Source of the DNA: Emiliania huxleyi CCMP1516
Taxonomy: Eukaryota
Direction of reading: 5' to 3'
Assembly: GCF_000372725.1 (NCBI RefSeq)
Contig: NW_005201392.1
Span: 413,660 to 477,659 of the forward strand
Length of the DNA: 64,000 bases
Shown: in pieces, positions 24,537-36,300 of the stretch
Layout of the letters: each line of letters starts with the position of its first letter
Position numbering within the stretch: position 1 is the stretch's first letter
The notes under the pieces: model-generated
Seen by the model: only the letters and a program-made list of their open reading frames with translations
The model's database searches: none
What the model was told of the DNA's origin: nothing
Program-made: the position numbers and the translations under genes

Positions 24537-25415
24537 ATGCGGCGCGTTCGCAGGTTACAGGCACAGGTGCTGGTGGCGCTGCGGGGACGTGCGCCTGTGC
24601 CGACTAAGTATGATAAGGGGCCCACAGGACCCAAAAGAATCTTACAAGAAAACTCCCCCAAAAGAAAATAGCTTTCGAAGGGACGCACGAGGCAAATCTG
24701 ATGTTGGAGTGTTTCAATAGGAGCGAGGCCTCTTCCGTTGGGGGACCGAGTTCATAGGAAACGAGGGTTTCCCATTGTGACCCGCTCGCGCGCGCGAGCG
24801 TGACACTGCACTTGGCGCCGAGCGCCCGCGGCTCAGACCTTGTGCACGCCGACCCTCGGTGAGCACGCCGGTCCGGACCGATGGCGCTCGGTGTGGAGCA
24901 AGCAAGATACACCCACCCCCCATCGGCGCGCGCCCGACCTTTGAACGGCCGCCAGAAGCACCAAGAGGACTCCTCATGGCTGTGCTCAAGGGGGCTTCGA
25001 CCGGCCTCGGCTGGGGGGGCGGTTGTCCCGGTTGCGGACGCGTTCTGCAGCCCCCTGGGCGTGGGTCAGCACCCCAAAACTGCCCCTCGGCGGCATATAG
25101 CACTGCCAGCCAGCCTCTTCCTCCTCCTCAAGGGCTGTACTATGGCCATATTGCGCCGCCTCCTACTGGCAGGGGCGCGCGCCGCGGGCGCCTCGGCGCG
25201 CGCACGGCTCGCAACATTCGAACGAGTACTGCCGCGCCTGGCCGCCTCACGAGGCTGCCGGGCGGCAGTACTCGCCTCGCAAGGCGCGCACCGGCTGCTC
25301 TGGCTGCTGCGCCGGCGGCCGCTGCGCTGTCCGCTGCTGCGCTGGCCAGCGAGCGGTACGACCGCCGGCGGCCGCTGCACCCGCGCCTTCCCTCGCCGGC
25401 GCCGTCGCGCCCTTA

Positions 25416-25897
25416 GGGTACCCCTAGGGTTCTGAGGGCCGGATTGTTTTAAGACCTTTTAGGAAATGAGGAGGTTTGGGGGCTCAAATTGTCATTTAAG
25501 AGATTGCAGGCACGGGGGGTCCCTCTTTAAAGTCTGTTTAAGAAAATCGGCCTCACCGGCACGCGTCGCTGGGTTCCGCGCCGTTTTATCCAATACTGCC
25601 TTTATTAGGCACAAACCCGCCTCTGAAGACACATCTGTAGGTCTGGTGCACTGGCAGGAGCCATACTCGCATAGGGGACGCGTGCCAGCTGACTGTAGCC
25701 AGCTTCCCGGCCTCCGGCGTCTACCGGGAGCCTCCCGGACCATCGACCTCGGGAGCTCTCCCGCACCGTTTAAGCGTTTAAGACCGTTTAAGGAATCGGC
25801 GGCCCAGCAGCTCTTAAAACCGGCCTAGGCCGGTTTTAAGCCGTTTAAGCCGCAGGCGCGCGCCCCAGGGCCCACCCTTTTAAGCCTAGGGGTACCC
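25416..25897. mobile_element. MITE with GGGTACCCCTAGG TIRs, flanked by TA
   Basis: Inverted repeat CCTTAGGGTACCCCTAGG (25411-25428) / CCTAGGGGTACCCTAAGG (25885-25902); internal TTTAAG repeats. Confidence 0.8.
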
Positions 25898-26048
25898 TAA
25901 GGTCGCGCCGCGCGCGCCCAACTCTGCTGGCACACGGCACGCGTCGTCACACAGCCGCGGAGAACAGGCGGTGCTGTGCGCGAAGCGCGCGCGATCTCGT
26001 ACTTGTAAGGCTGGATCGTCCGGGGCCATTCGCATTCCAAGGGGTACG

Positions 26049-26601
26049 GGGAGCGGACCCTGAGTTGACCAGGGGTTGTGCGCTGGGTCCTCCTGCTCGG
26101 CTCCAGCCAGTAAACAAGTCTTGTCATCAACAGAGTAGATGGATCTGACCTCAGGGCTGATGTGACCAAGCGCTGGTAGCGTGGTTTAACCTCACACCCA
26201 TGGTCTCACAGTGTGCCGGCAGTCGCCGAGCAGTGTCGCTCACACAAGCCGCAGCACAAGAGACTGAGGGCCAGTGAGGGCAAGCCCATCGCTGTCACAG
26301 CTGTGGCAGCCGCACAGTGGGTTGTGCCAACTGTGCAGAGCGTGTGAGCAGCAGAGGAGCTGCTCTCCAGGCTTCTGTCGCAAAGAGCTGCATGCCACCG
26401 AAAGCGCTGTCGAGGTTCGCCGAGCGCGGCGCAGGTTGAGGGAAGCCGCCACCGACGAGCGCGTTGGACTTTTCACTCCGGACAAAGACGGGGACACAGC
26501 GGACGGTGCGGGGTGTGTCCCCGTCATAGCGGCGAGGCGCGGGACCGTCTGTGGCGAGGTGGGTCGCGTCCCTCGATTTCCTCAACTCAGGGTCCGCTCC
26601 C
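26049..26601. mobile_element. Non-autonomous TIR element
   Basis: Perfect 20-bp inverted repeat GGGAGCGGACCCTGAGTTGA (26049-26068 / 26582-26601); TSD unclear. Confidence 0.7.
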
Positions 26602-26777
26602 TTTATATACCTTTGAGAATCCCCAGCGTCCATCCCTCCTAGTCACACTCTCAATATCTCGACTCTCCAACACGAAGTGCTGCGATCGGCCAGAATCGAG
26701 GGGTCCCGTACGCAAGACGGAGGGACGGTCACACTGGAGCGTCACACAGACACACAAGCCAGACGCTCAACACGACC

Positions 26778-27965
26778 TCAAGACGCGTGGCCGTCCGCCA
26801 CCTCCTCCGCAGCCGCGCCGCCCGCGGCCCGCTCGCGCGCAACACTCCGGATGCGCTCCGCCCACGCGGCCTGCGCCTGCCTCCGCTCCGCCCACGCGCG
26901 CCGCAGCTCCTCCGTCGCGTCCGCGGCCCGGCCCTCCTGCGTGCCGGGGGTCGCCGCGGCCGCGGCCGCCGCCGACGGCAACGAGGCCGCCGACGATGAC
27001 GCCGCCGCCTGCTGCGGCGGTGGCGCCCCGGACGGCGGCGCGCCGGGAGCCGCGGCGCTCGTGCCGGCGCTCGGGGCGGCGGACGCACCGCCGCCAGCAG
27101 CAGCAGCAGCCGTCCTAGCGTTGGCCGCCGGCCCGGTCGCGCCCGCCCCCGCCCCGGCCCCGGCCACCCCGGCCCCGGCCCCCGTTGCTGCCGCCGCGAC
27201 CACCGCCGCCGACACCGCCTCCTCGGCCGCCTCTTCAGCGTCGGCGACCGCGGCGAGGTGCTGCAGGATCTCGCGCTTGGAGCGGAACAGCTTGGCGCCG
27301 GCCGGGCTGTAGTAGTACCGGTCGCGGGTGCCGACCGAAGCCCCCTCCGCCCTCACCCGCTCGACATACATCCACCCGTCCGGCAGGCCGAGCTCGAGCT
27401 GCAGCGAGGCGGGCACGGGCAGCGCGTCCTCCGGAGCCGTGCCGCTGCGGCGCCGCGCCGCCGGCCGAGCGGGGCGCGAGGGGGCGGGGGCGGTGGAGGC
27501 GGCGGCGGTGGCAGTGGCGATGGCAGCGGAGGAGGTGGAGGATGAGGCGGCGGCCGCGGCGGCCGCGGCGGCCGCGGCGGCCGCGGCCGCGGCCGCGGCC
27601 GAGGCTGCGCGCCCGCCTGGCGGCGGTGAGGGCGGCGAGAGGAGAAGCTGATCCCGTGCCGCGACGAGGGCCGCGAAGGCTTGGGCCGCGTGCGGATCGT
27701 CATTCTTGTCGGGATGAATGCGCACGCACAGCCGGTGGTACGCCTTGTTCACCTCGGCCGCCGCCGGCCTCGCAGAGACCCTGAGCACAGCGCGCGGGCC
27801 GCTCGCTGCCGCGGCGAGCACTCGCGCGACGTGTGCGGCCTCCTTTGCAGCATCACTCTGGCCGAGGGCAATTGCCTGCTCCGCCAGGCTGTGTGCGCGG
27901 CTCCAGTCGCCGGCAGACGCGGCGACGCGGGATTGGGACAGCGAGGAGGCGGCCGCGAGCGTCAT
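26778..27965 (-). CDS. J-domain + methyl-CpG-binding domain (MBD) protein, single open frame
   Basis: J domain: VNKAYHRLCVRIHPDKNDDPHAAQAFAAL. MBD: LPDGWMYVERVRAEGASVGTRDRYYYSPAGAKLFRSKREILQHL. Low-complexity Ala linkers. Confidence 0.88.
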   Translation of the reverse strand: MTLAAASSLSQSRVAASAGDWSRAHSLAEQAIALGQSDAAKEAAHVARVLAAAASGPRAVLRVSARPAAAEVNKAYHRLCVRIHPDKNDDPHAAQAFAALVAARDQLLLSPPSPPPGGRAASAAAAAAAAAAAAAAAAAASSSTSSAAIATATAAASTAPAPSRPARPAARRRSGTAPEDALPVPASLQLELGLPDGWMYVERVRAEGASVGTRDRYYYSPAGAKLFRSKREILQHLAAVADAEEAAEEAVSAAVVAAAATGAGAGVAGAGAGAGATGPAANARTAAAAAGGGASAAPSAGTSAAAPGAPPSGAPPPQQAAASSSAASLPSAAAAAAATPGTQEGRAADATEELRRAWAERRQAQAAWAERIRSVARERAAGGAAAEEVADGHAS

Positions 27966-28254
27966 GACCGCTTGCCCCAGCCGGGCCACGCCACCGCGAG
28001 CACGCCTGTAGCCTCTCGTAGCCTCTCGTGGTTCGCAACGCGGGAAAAGAGAATTTCGATTAAGCACGAGCGAAAAGAGTCACGCGGGTTTGCCGTGCCG
28101 CGTGCGCGCCCGGCCGCCGACCGCGGCGTGTCTCGTTTTCTCAGAGACTATGGAAAGTTCACGTCATGACGGTTAGCCGCTGTCACGACCGTTAGCCGCT
28201 TTCACGACAGCTGGGAGCTGTCATGACAGCAAACGACAGCGACAGTGACACCTA

Positions 28255-28384
28255 CCTGTCACCAGCTGTCACCAGCTGTCACCAGCTGTCACCAGCTGTC
28301 ACCAGCTGTCACCAGCTGTCACCAGCTGTCACCAGCTGTCGTTGCTGCTGTCGTTGCTGCTGTCATTGCTGCTGTCATTGCTGC
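28255..28384. repeat. (ACCAGCTGTC)n followed by (GTTGCTGCTGTC)-type repeats
   Basis: About 8 exact 10-mers, then about 4 12-mers. Confidence 0.9.
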
Positions 28385-29096
28385 TCTCATGAGCACCCCC
28401 GCAGGACAGTGTCACAATGGGATGTGGTGCCACTAACGAGAGAGACAGGACACTCAAGATATACACGCACGCGCGCGCGACCGCTCACTCGCTCGCCCGA
28501 CGCCACATGAGAAACCCTCTCAACAGGAGCCACGCACCGTCAGCAGCAGCGTGAGTCACAGAATCTGCAAAACCCTTGCCCTCCTTCCTCCAGCATGTGC
28601 CGTGATGGGCTCCAGCGCTGGTTCATCTGCCGCTCAAAAATCTCACGCGAGCGAACGGCGTCAATCATCAACCGCGAGGATTGGGACCTTGAAATCCACG
28701 TCGCAAGCAAACGCGCAGAGCATTGAACACACCTCGGGTATTGAACCTCTTGGCCATTGCCGAGCCACAAGGCGTTGATCAGGAACTCTCATGTAGAGAG
28801 CTCGGCTCTGCTACAAGAAAGCAGGCTCGCCCTACACAGAGAAATTGTGAGGTAGAGGAGCAGGAGTTTTGCAAAATGTGTGAGACGTACAAACGCTGCT
28901 GTGCATCAAGCGCTGAGAGCTACATCCACGCGCACCGGTGTCTTATTTTAGTCCATGGGGTGTAATGCACAGATGGGTGGGTGGGCGGTTGGGCCCCTTT
29001 GCTGGTGCCTGTCACTAGGGCTATGGCTGCCTCACTGTGGCGCTGGCGCTGCCTCGCTGTCGCTGTCGCTGTCGCTGTCGCTGTCACTCGCAGGGC

Positions 29097-29340
29097 TTTG
29101 AACGATCCGCGTGTGAGGTAGCATAGAGGGCCTTGTTGGCAGCAGCCAGCTTGTTGCGCTGCTTCGTTGCGATGAGCTGATTGGGATCGCAGAAGTGCAT
29201 GCCAAGCACCGACACGATCTTGAAGCAGAACACATCGCAACCGCATCGTCCGCACTGCCATCGGCATGCCGCGCCCGCCGCTTTTCGCCGCAGCCGACAT
29301 AGCGCCACAGCACATGGTCGGTGTGCGTACTTGAGCAGGC
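29097..29340 (-). repeat. Dispersed ~250-bp repeat; diverged copy on + at ~60251-60510, possibly a DNA-transposon remnant
   Basis: Both copies translate to near-identical ..MAVRTMRLRCVLLQDR..LLRSQSAHRNEAAQQAGCCQQGP..RGSFK. Confidence 0.8.
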
Positions 29341-29505
29341 GTTGCGTGACACGATCACTAAACTGAAGAGTGGGGGAGAGCCGCGCACCCCGCGTCCAGC
29401 GAATGAAGGAGGGGGTACGAAACTGCAACACCAACTTCGCCTGAGGCGGGGCGGGCACTTTCCGCTAATCCCGGGCGGCCGCACCAGCTGGTCGCTGAGC
29501 TCCAT

Positions 29506-31273
29506 ATGCTGCGCGTTGTCGCCGTGCTCGCGCTGGCAGCCACTGCTGCTGGGTTCGCTTCGACGGCTAGGCCAGATGGCGCTTCCCTGGAATACTGCCA
29601 TTCCGGCCCGGACACGTTCGAGGCAGATGTCAGGGTCCGGGCATTCGCACGCTCCCTGGGCCTCGGAACTGAGCTGCGACCAGGTCCCTTTCGCCACCGT
29701 TCTAACCACCGCTACCAATGTCTACGGCGGGTGCTCTCTGTTTCGCGGCCATTGCCCTTGCTCGTGCTCGACATACGAAAACAGCTGCCTGCAACCAGAA
29801 TGCACGCCTTTTGTGCAAGAGCGGTGCACCTTTTCGTGCCCTGAGCAGTGTCAAGACATAGCCTGTCAACCCCGGCAGAGTCCGGTGACTATCGAGTTCT
29901 TGAAAGTAAACTGCTGCACGGACCCGTGCCATCCCGCAGATGATGCTTGTGGCAGCCCGACCTGCAACAGCACCACTCTCTGCACCACTCCTTCTCCGCC
30001 GGCGGCGCCTCCGCTGCTCCCTCCGCCCCCCCCCGCTTACTGTGGATTGGTTCAGCCGTGGATGGAGGGGAAGAAGGAGCTTGGCTCGGATCAGGCTCGC
30101 GCCACACATACACACACGCGCGCTAGGCGCACACGCACACACACGCACCCTCCCACGCCACACTCACGCGCACTCACACGCGGCACCGCACGCACATCTG
30201 CATGTGCATCTCCCAGGCCGCACCCGCCCACTCATGACATGACATCTCTCCCTGACGCTGAACCCCACCCCCTGCCCCTGCAGTGCTACCTGTACAACGG
30301 AGACCAAACTGCGTGCGAAAGCTACTATGTCGTCGAGCCCTACAACGAGCAGACCAACCCATGGGGCGCGTGGACCGCAGAGTGCGTCTACAACCAATCG
30401 GGCAACGAGAAGTGCACGACCGGCGAACACATCTATGCCTGTTCGCCCTTCCCGCCCGGCCTCGCCCCTACGCCGCCGCCGCCACATCCGCCCGGTAAGG
30501 CACCGACGCCGCCGCCACCATCGCCGCCCCCCCCGCCGCCCCCTCCGCCGCCACCGTCGCCGCCCCCCTCATCACCCTCGCTGCCGCCGCTGCCGCCCTC
30601 GTCGCCGCCGCCGCCGTCGCCGCTCCCCGCACCACCCTCGCCGCCACGACCGCCGCCCGACCCGCCATCGTCGCCGCCCTCACCACCCTCACCACCCTCG
30701 CCGCCACCGCCGCCGTCGCCACCGCGCCAGCCGCCGCCCTCCCCATTGCCGCCGTTGCCCTCCCCACCATCTCCGCCCCCCTCGCTGCCGCCGCCGCCGC
30801 TGTCCCCGCCTGTACCAGCCCCAGAGCCAGCCCCAACGCTCCCGACGCCAATCGCAATCCCCTGCATCCCCCCCGGGCTTGGCGGCGACCCGTGCCTTGC
30901 TGATGATGACTGCTGCGATGGCACGGCCTGCGTGGAGGTGGAGTTCGACTCCGCCGATCCGAGCGAGGCCACGACAGGTATGCACTGCCTCGACTCGTCG
31001 TATCAGAAGTACACGCTCCGCAACGGCGCCTGCGGCGTTCCCTCCTTTGTGGTTCTGGCCGCCCCCGTCACCAACGGCGACTGGTGCGGCCAGGCACTTG
31101 ATTGGAGCACTGATCCGACTTACATCGAGGCGGACCAAGCAAAGTGCACGGAAATTTACATCCAGCAGGACAACTTTGCAATGCCCTGCAAGTACGTTCC
31201 GTCCACAGCCGACGGGGACGGACCGTACGAATGCAAAGGTGGCAGCAACAAGACGACCTACCTCATGTGCTAG
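29506..31273 (+). CDS. Secreted Cys-rich protein with an extensin-like (SP)n proline-rich stalk
   Basis: Signal peptide MLRVVAVLALAATAAG. A GT-AG intron at 29635-29683 restores the frame; an in-frame GC-AG intron lies at 30095-30283. Cys-rich modules flank ~140 aa of P/S. Confidence 0.82.
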
Positions 31274-31959
31274 TGCGATCAGCGGAGCCGGCAGCCGCCA
31301 GGCGCCCGCCCCGGCGGTTCACTCTGCGGTCTCGTGCTCCTCCCTCTGCCCGCTTGGCTTCGCGATTCGCGCCGCCCACATGTCGCGCTTCGCGCCGCCC
31401 ACATGTTGGAGAGGGGCAGATAGACGGGGAAGTGCACCGGCACTCTCTGCAGTCTGCACTCTCTGCTCTCTCTCGCACAATCATCTCCTGTGGCGCATCG
31501 TGTTTTTGCCTCGCGAGTGCCTTCTCGCAAAAGTCGAGACGTGTGTGTGTGTGGGTGACAGTGCACTGATCATGGGCGAGTAGCACTGATTATGGGCGAG
31601 TAGCGATGTAAACCTGGGGGTGCTTTCTAAGTTGAACTTTACTCTGTCGCCAACCAGACACACACGTCAGACACACGGAACCCGACAAAACAGTACTTTG
31701 TTGATCACGTAATGCCACACACAGCCGCCACTCCACGAGTCTTTGCACAGCTCACTAGCACACGTAGCCAAAGTTCTCCAACTGGTAGCCCAGGCCCAGC
31801 GCACCGTGGTCGAAGCCGAGAAGCCATGCTGCCGCCGCCCGTGGTGCGGGTGCCTGCTGCTCAGCCGAATGCGCCGGCGCGACGGCCGACTGTGGACGCT
31901 GTGCGCCGTCGGTGATGATTCGCCGCGGCGGCGGGGCGAGCCAGAGCGTGAAGGGAGGC

Positions 31960-32079
31960 CGTCATCGCCTTCGCCTTCCTGGGACCCAGCGCTGACTTCT
32001 GACTGTCGTCGCTGTCTTTCCCCCTTCTCGACTGTCTGTGCTTGTGCGTCTTGGGTCCGGAGTTGTGCGTTTATGTGAA
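31960..32079 (+). mobile_element. Short retroposed 3'-end fragment ending in TGTGAA, with TSD
   Basis: 95 bp (31985-32079) matches 48640-48734 with 1 mismatch. Flanking direct repeat GTGAAGGGAGGC at 31948-31959 / 32075-32086. Confidence 0.8.
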
Positions 32080-33336
32080 GGGAGGCATTGAGGAGCGGCC
32101 GGTCCTTGGTTTGGAAGCTGTTCGAGAGTGCCCACACCGCAGAGCCACCTGGCGCCGGTTTTCTCTTCGGTTTCCAACTTCTTTTTCTCTTGCAAGAGGC
32201 GCTCGTTAACCCTGGTAGGTGGACAAAAGTATGCCCATACAAAGTAGTTTTTTGTTGTTATCCGAGATCATATGGAGCTCACCACAGGGTTTGCGGCGAT
32301 CACTCTGGGCCGGCGCGGGCCCCCCCGGAGGCACCGTGCGCCGCGCAGCAGTGCGGAAACGGGGCTCCGGCTCTATGAGTCTCTATGAGCACCGACTTCC
32401 CGATTAAGTACGGTTAAGTAGAGGGCAGATTTGGAAAGATCTCGAGGAGTACATACAGATAGACCCTCCAACCACCAGAAAACTCCGACCTGATCGGTCG
32501 TACTGACCGCCGACAGATCACTCCAGACAGCAGACAGGCCGACGTCTGCACGTGGCCGGCCGGGCGAGAGGCTTGACACGATCCGACCCTGCGACCCTGA
32601 CGCTGCTGCTCTAGCTATCAGCCATGCAATGCTGACTGCTGCCACAATGTGCGACCGGTGCTGGCCCACTTGGCGGCCTTCCCGGTCAGTGGTGAGGCGC
32701 AGTTCAGAGCTGTCGATGGCGCGATGCCGCACTGGCCCCACATTGGTGACACGAGACCACCAAGTTTGCCGGTCCAAGAGAGAGGCACCGGCGCTGTCCT
32801 CACCTGAGAAGGTGCGTGGTCCCTCTTGACTGCCCATGCGCGCGAGGCTGTGTAGGCATAGCCTCGAGAGTGCCAGCAGCCAATCCGAGGATGACGCGCA
32901 TTGCGCCAGAAGCGTGCACGCAGCTGGAAGGACACCTTCCTACTGGCCGTACGATCAGGTCGTCACTGAATGCTTGATACTAAGGCCGCGAGCTATGCAG
33001 GTGATCAATTGTGCATCATGGCACGGTCAGCTGCGCCGACAGGCTGTCGCAAGGCGTGATAGCATGGCCGCAAGTACGCCGAATTCCCATGAAAACAAGT
33101 AAAAATCTCGAAAAAAGAAAAAAACTCCAAAAAATCGGCGCCTGCGGCGGGCCATGGGACCCCATCTCCCCCCCGCATGGACACCCTCTGGGGCCCCCGC
33201 GCCGGCCCAGAGGGCGATCACTGTCGTACCAGCGGGCACAGTAGGCCGCGGACACCCGTGAATGACCTTAACTTATTTCGGCAGGAGCATGAGCATCGAT
33301 CGGCGAGAGCTCACAAAAAGCACTGTACCCCCACCT

Positions 33337-36300
33337 CTACTCTAGCAGCCGGCCCAGGAACTGCTGCAGCGGCGGCGAGAACTGGCGGCGCTGCAACGCG
33401 CTGCGCAACGCCGCCGTGCCGCCGACGCGCAGCAACCGGCCGGCCCGCTGCAGCTCCGTCTGCCGCGCCAAGGCGACGTCGAGCGCGTCCCTGGCGGCGG
33501 TGCGCTGGCTGCGCAGCTGCCGCTCCGTCGCCTCCATCCGCCGAATGGCACGCTCCTACGGCAAACGTGACGCGCTCGCGGGATGGCCGGGGCGGCAGAC
33601 GAACCCAACCGCGCGCGGGCGGCGGGCAATGCGGCGGCGAGCGCGGGCGGCGGAGGCAGAGGCTGCGTAGGCGGAGGCGGGCGCGGGCCTGCTGCTCAAA
33701 CTGCGCGGGGCCGAGAAATGGGGAGATGTGGGGAGATGTGGGGAGAGATGGGCCTGCTGCTCAAACTGCGCGGGGCCGAGATATGGGGAGATGTGGGGAG
33801 ATGTGGGGAGAGATGGGCCTGCTGCTCAAACTGCGCGGGGCCGAGATATGGGGAGATGTGGGGAGATGTGGGGAGAGATGGGCCTGCTGCTCAAACTGCG
33901 CGGGGCCGAGATATGGGGAGATGTGGGGAGATGTGGGGAGAGATGGGCCTGCTGCTCAAACTGCGCGGGGCCGAGATATGGGGAGATGTGGGGAGATGTG
34001 GGGAGAGATGGGCCTGCTGCTCAAACTGCGCGGGGCCGAGCCCCTCGACACCCTCCCCCGACGCGGGCCACGCGTAGTCCGCACCTATTTGCGGCGCGGC
34101 ATGGCACGTGTCGGGCGAATGCCTGGAGGCGGCCTGGCCGGCCGCGACGCCGAGTCGGCGCCGCGCGCGCGAAGGGCCGAAGCGAGCGCGCGCAGCTTCT
34201 CGCCCGCCTCCTCCTCGGCCGCGGAGAGCGCCTCGACGCGCCCGAGCACGCGCCCATGCAGCCGGCGCAGCCGGCGCGTCAAGTAGGCCCGCCGCTCCTG
34301 CGGCGAACTTGGACGAGCTTCGCCGAGCTTCGCCGAGATTCGCCGAGCTTCGCCGAGCTTCGCAAGCATGGGTGCGAGATTCGCCGAGGGGTGGGTCAAG
34401 AGCGCCCCGCGCTGCGCTCGCCGCCGCGAGGGGAGTGCAAGAGGCTGCCAGTGCAGTGGCTGTGGGGGGGTAGTGGCTGTGGGGGGGTAGTGGCTGTGGG
34501 GGGGTAGTGGCTGTGGGGGGGTAGTGGCTGTGGGGGGCGAGAGTACGGGTGCGGCTGGGGCATCCTACACCGGCCGCGCCTCTTCGCGCGCCGCGTCGGC
34601 GTCGGCCCCAACAGCAGGACCGAGGAGCCACTCGAGGTCCCCCTCCTCCTCCTCCCACTCCCCCTCCCCCTCCCCCTCCCCCGCCTCCTCCTCCCCCGCC
34701 TCGCCCTTCACCTCCCCGCCCTCGCCTTTCAACGCCTCCCCCAGCGCCACCGCCGCCGCCCCCTCCCCCGCCACCGCCGCCTCCTCTGCCCCCTCCTCCG
34801 CCGTCGCCGCATCCTCTGCCCCCTCCCCGGCGCCAGAGGAATCGACGGCCTCCGCCTCCGCCGCCGCCGCCGCCTCCGCCGCCTCTCCTACCCCCCGCCC
34901 CTCCGCCGCCCCTCGCCGCGCCCTCCGCCCCGCCCTCTCGGCGACCTCCCCAATCTCCGCCTCGAGCTCCGCGGCGCTCAGCGGCGAGACAAGCCCTTCC
35001 CACCCCACGGCCCCTCCCTCACGCGCGCCGGCATGCCCTCTCCTCACCCCCCAACCCGCACCCTCGCCGCCCGCCTCGCCGCCGCCCCTCCCGCCGCCAG
35101 CCGCCCAGCGGCGGCGGCGGCGCGGCGGCGGCGGCAACGGCCGGCCCGCCGCCTCCCTCTCCGCCTGCAGCCAAGCGTCGGCGGCCCCCTCGAGCCTGCG
35201 CCGTGGAGTCCAAGGGGCGTCAGGGCACGTGTCGCGCGTTGGAGTCGGAGCACCGCGTCGCTAGGCACGTGATGAACGCCTCCCCCGTACCTGTATCTCC
35301 CCTGTATCTCCCCCGCACCTCGCCTATCTCTCGCACGGTGAGGTCCCATAGGCGAGATACGACCACCTCCCCCGTACCTCGCCTGTATCTCCCCTGTATC
35401 TCGTCCCAGGTGCTGGCCTACGTGACGAACATGTATGGCAACCACCCCCTTGCGTCCCCACATGGCAACCACCCCCTTGGATCCTCATCCCGCAGGTGAA
35501 GCGCGCCTTCATGGACTCCCTCCTATGGCAACCACCCCCTTGCGTCCCCACATCTCAGGGCGGGAGGAGCGCGGCCGCGTGCCGTGAGGAGACGGACCAC
35601 CGCGCGACGAGGAGGGAGAATACGGCGCCCCAGCCCCGACCCTAGCCCACACAGGTAGGAAGGGCGGGCACCCCTAAGACTATAGCCGCAACCCCAACCC
35701 TAAGCCTAAGCCTAACCCTAGCCCACACAGGTAGGAAGGGCGGGCACCCCTAAGACTATAGCCGCAACCCCAACCCTAAGCCTAAGCCTAACCCTAGCCC
35801 ACACAGGTAGGAAGGGCGGGCACCCCTAAGACTATGGCCGCAACCCCAACCCTAAGCCTAAGCCTAACCCTAGCCCACACAGGTAGGAAGGGCGGGCACC
35901 CCTAAGACTATGGCCGCAACCCCAACCCCAAGCCTAAGCCTAACCCTAGCCCACACAGGTAGGAAGGGCGGGCACCCCTAAGACTATGGCCGCAACCCCA
36001 ACCCCAAGCCTAACCCTAACCCTAGCCCACACAGGTAGGAAGGGCGGGCACCCCTAAGACTATGGCCGCAACCCCAACCCTAAGCCTAAGCCTAACCCTA
36101 GCCCACACAGGTAGGAAGGGCGGGCACCCCTAAGACTATGGCCGCAACCCCAACCCCAAGCCTAAGCCTAACCCTAGCCCACACAGGTAGGAAGGGCGGG
36201 CAGTGGGAGGCGGAGGCGGATGGCTGCTCCAACGGAGTGCGGGCGAAGGGCGGGCCCGTGTCCTGCCGAGCACGACTCTGAAGACTCTTCTCTAGGCATC

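Noticed and set aside
35640..36202. 76-bp array as CRISPR or as a true telomere
   Set aside because: The units are near-identical with no spacers, and the array is internal, flanked by gene-like sequence.
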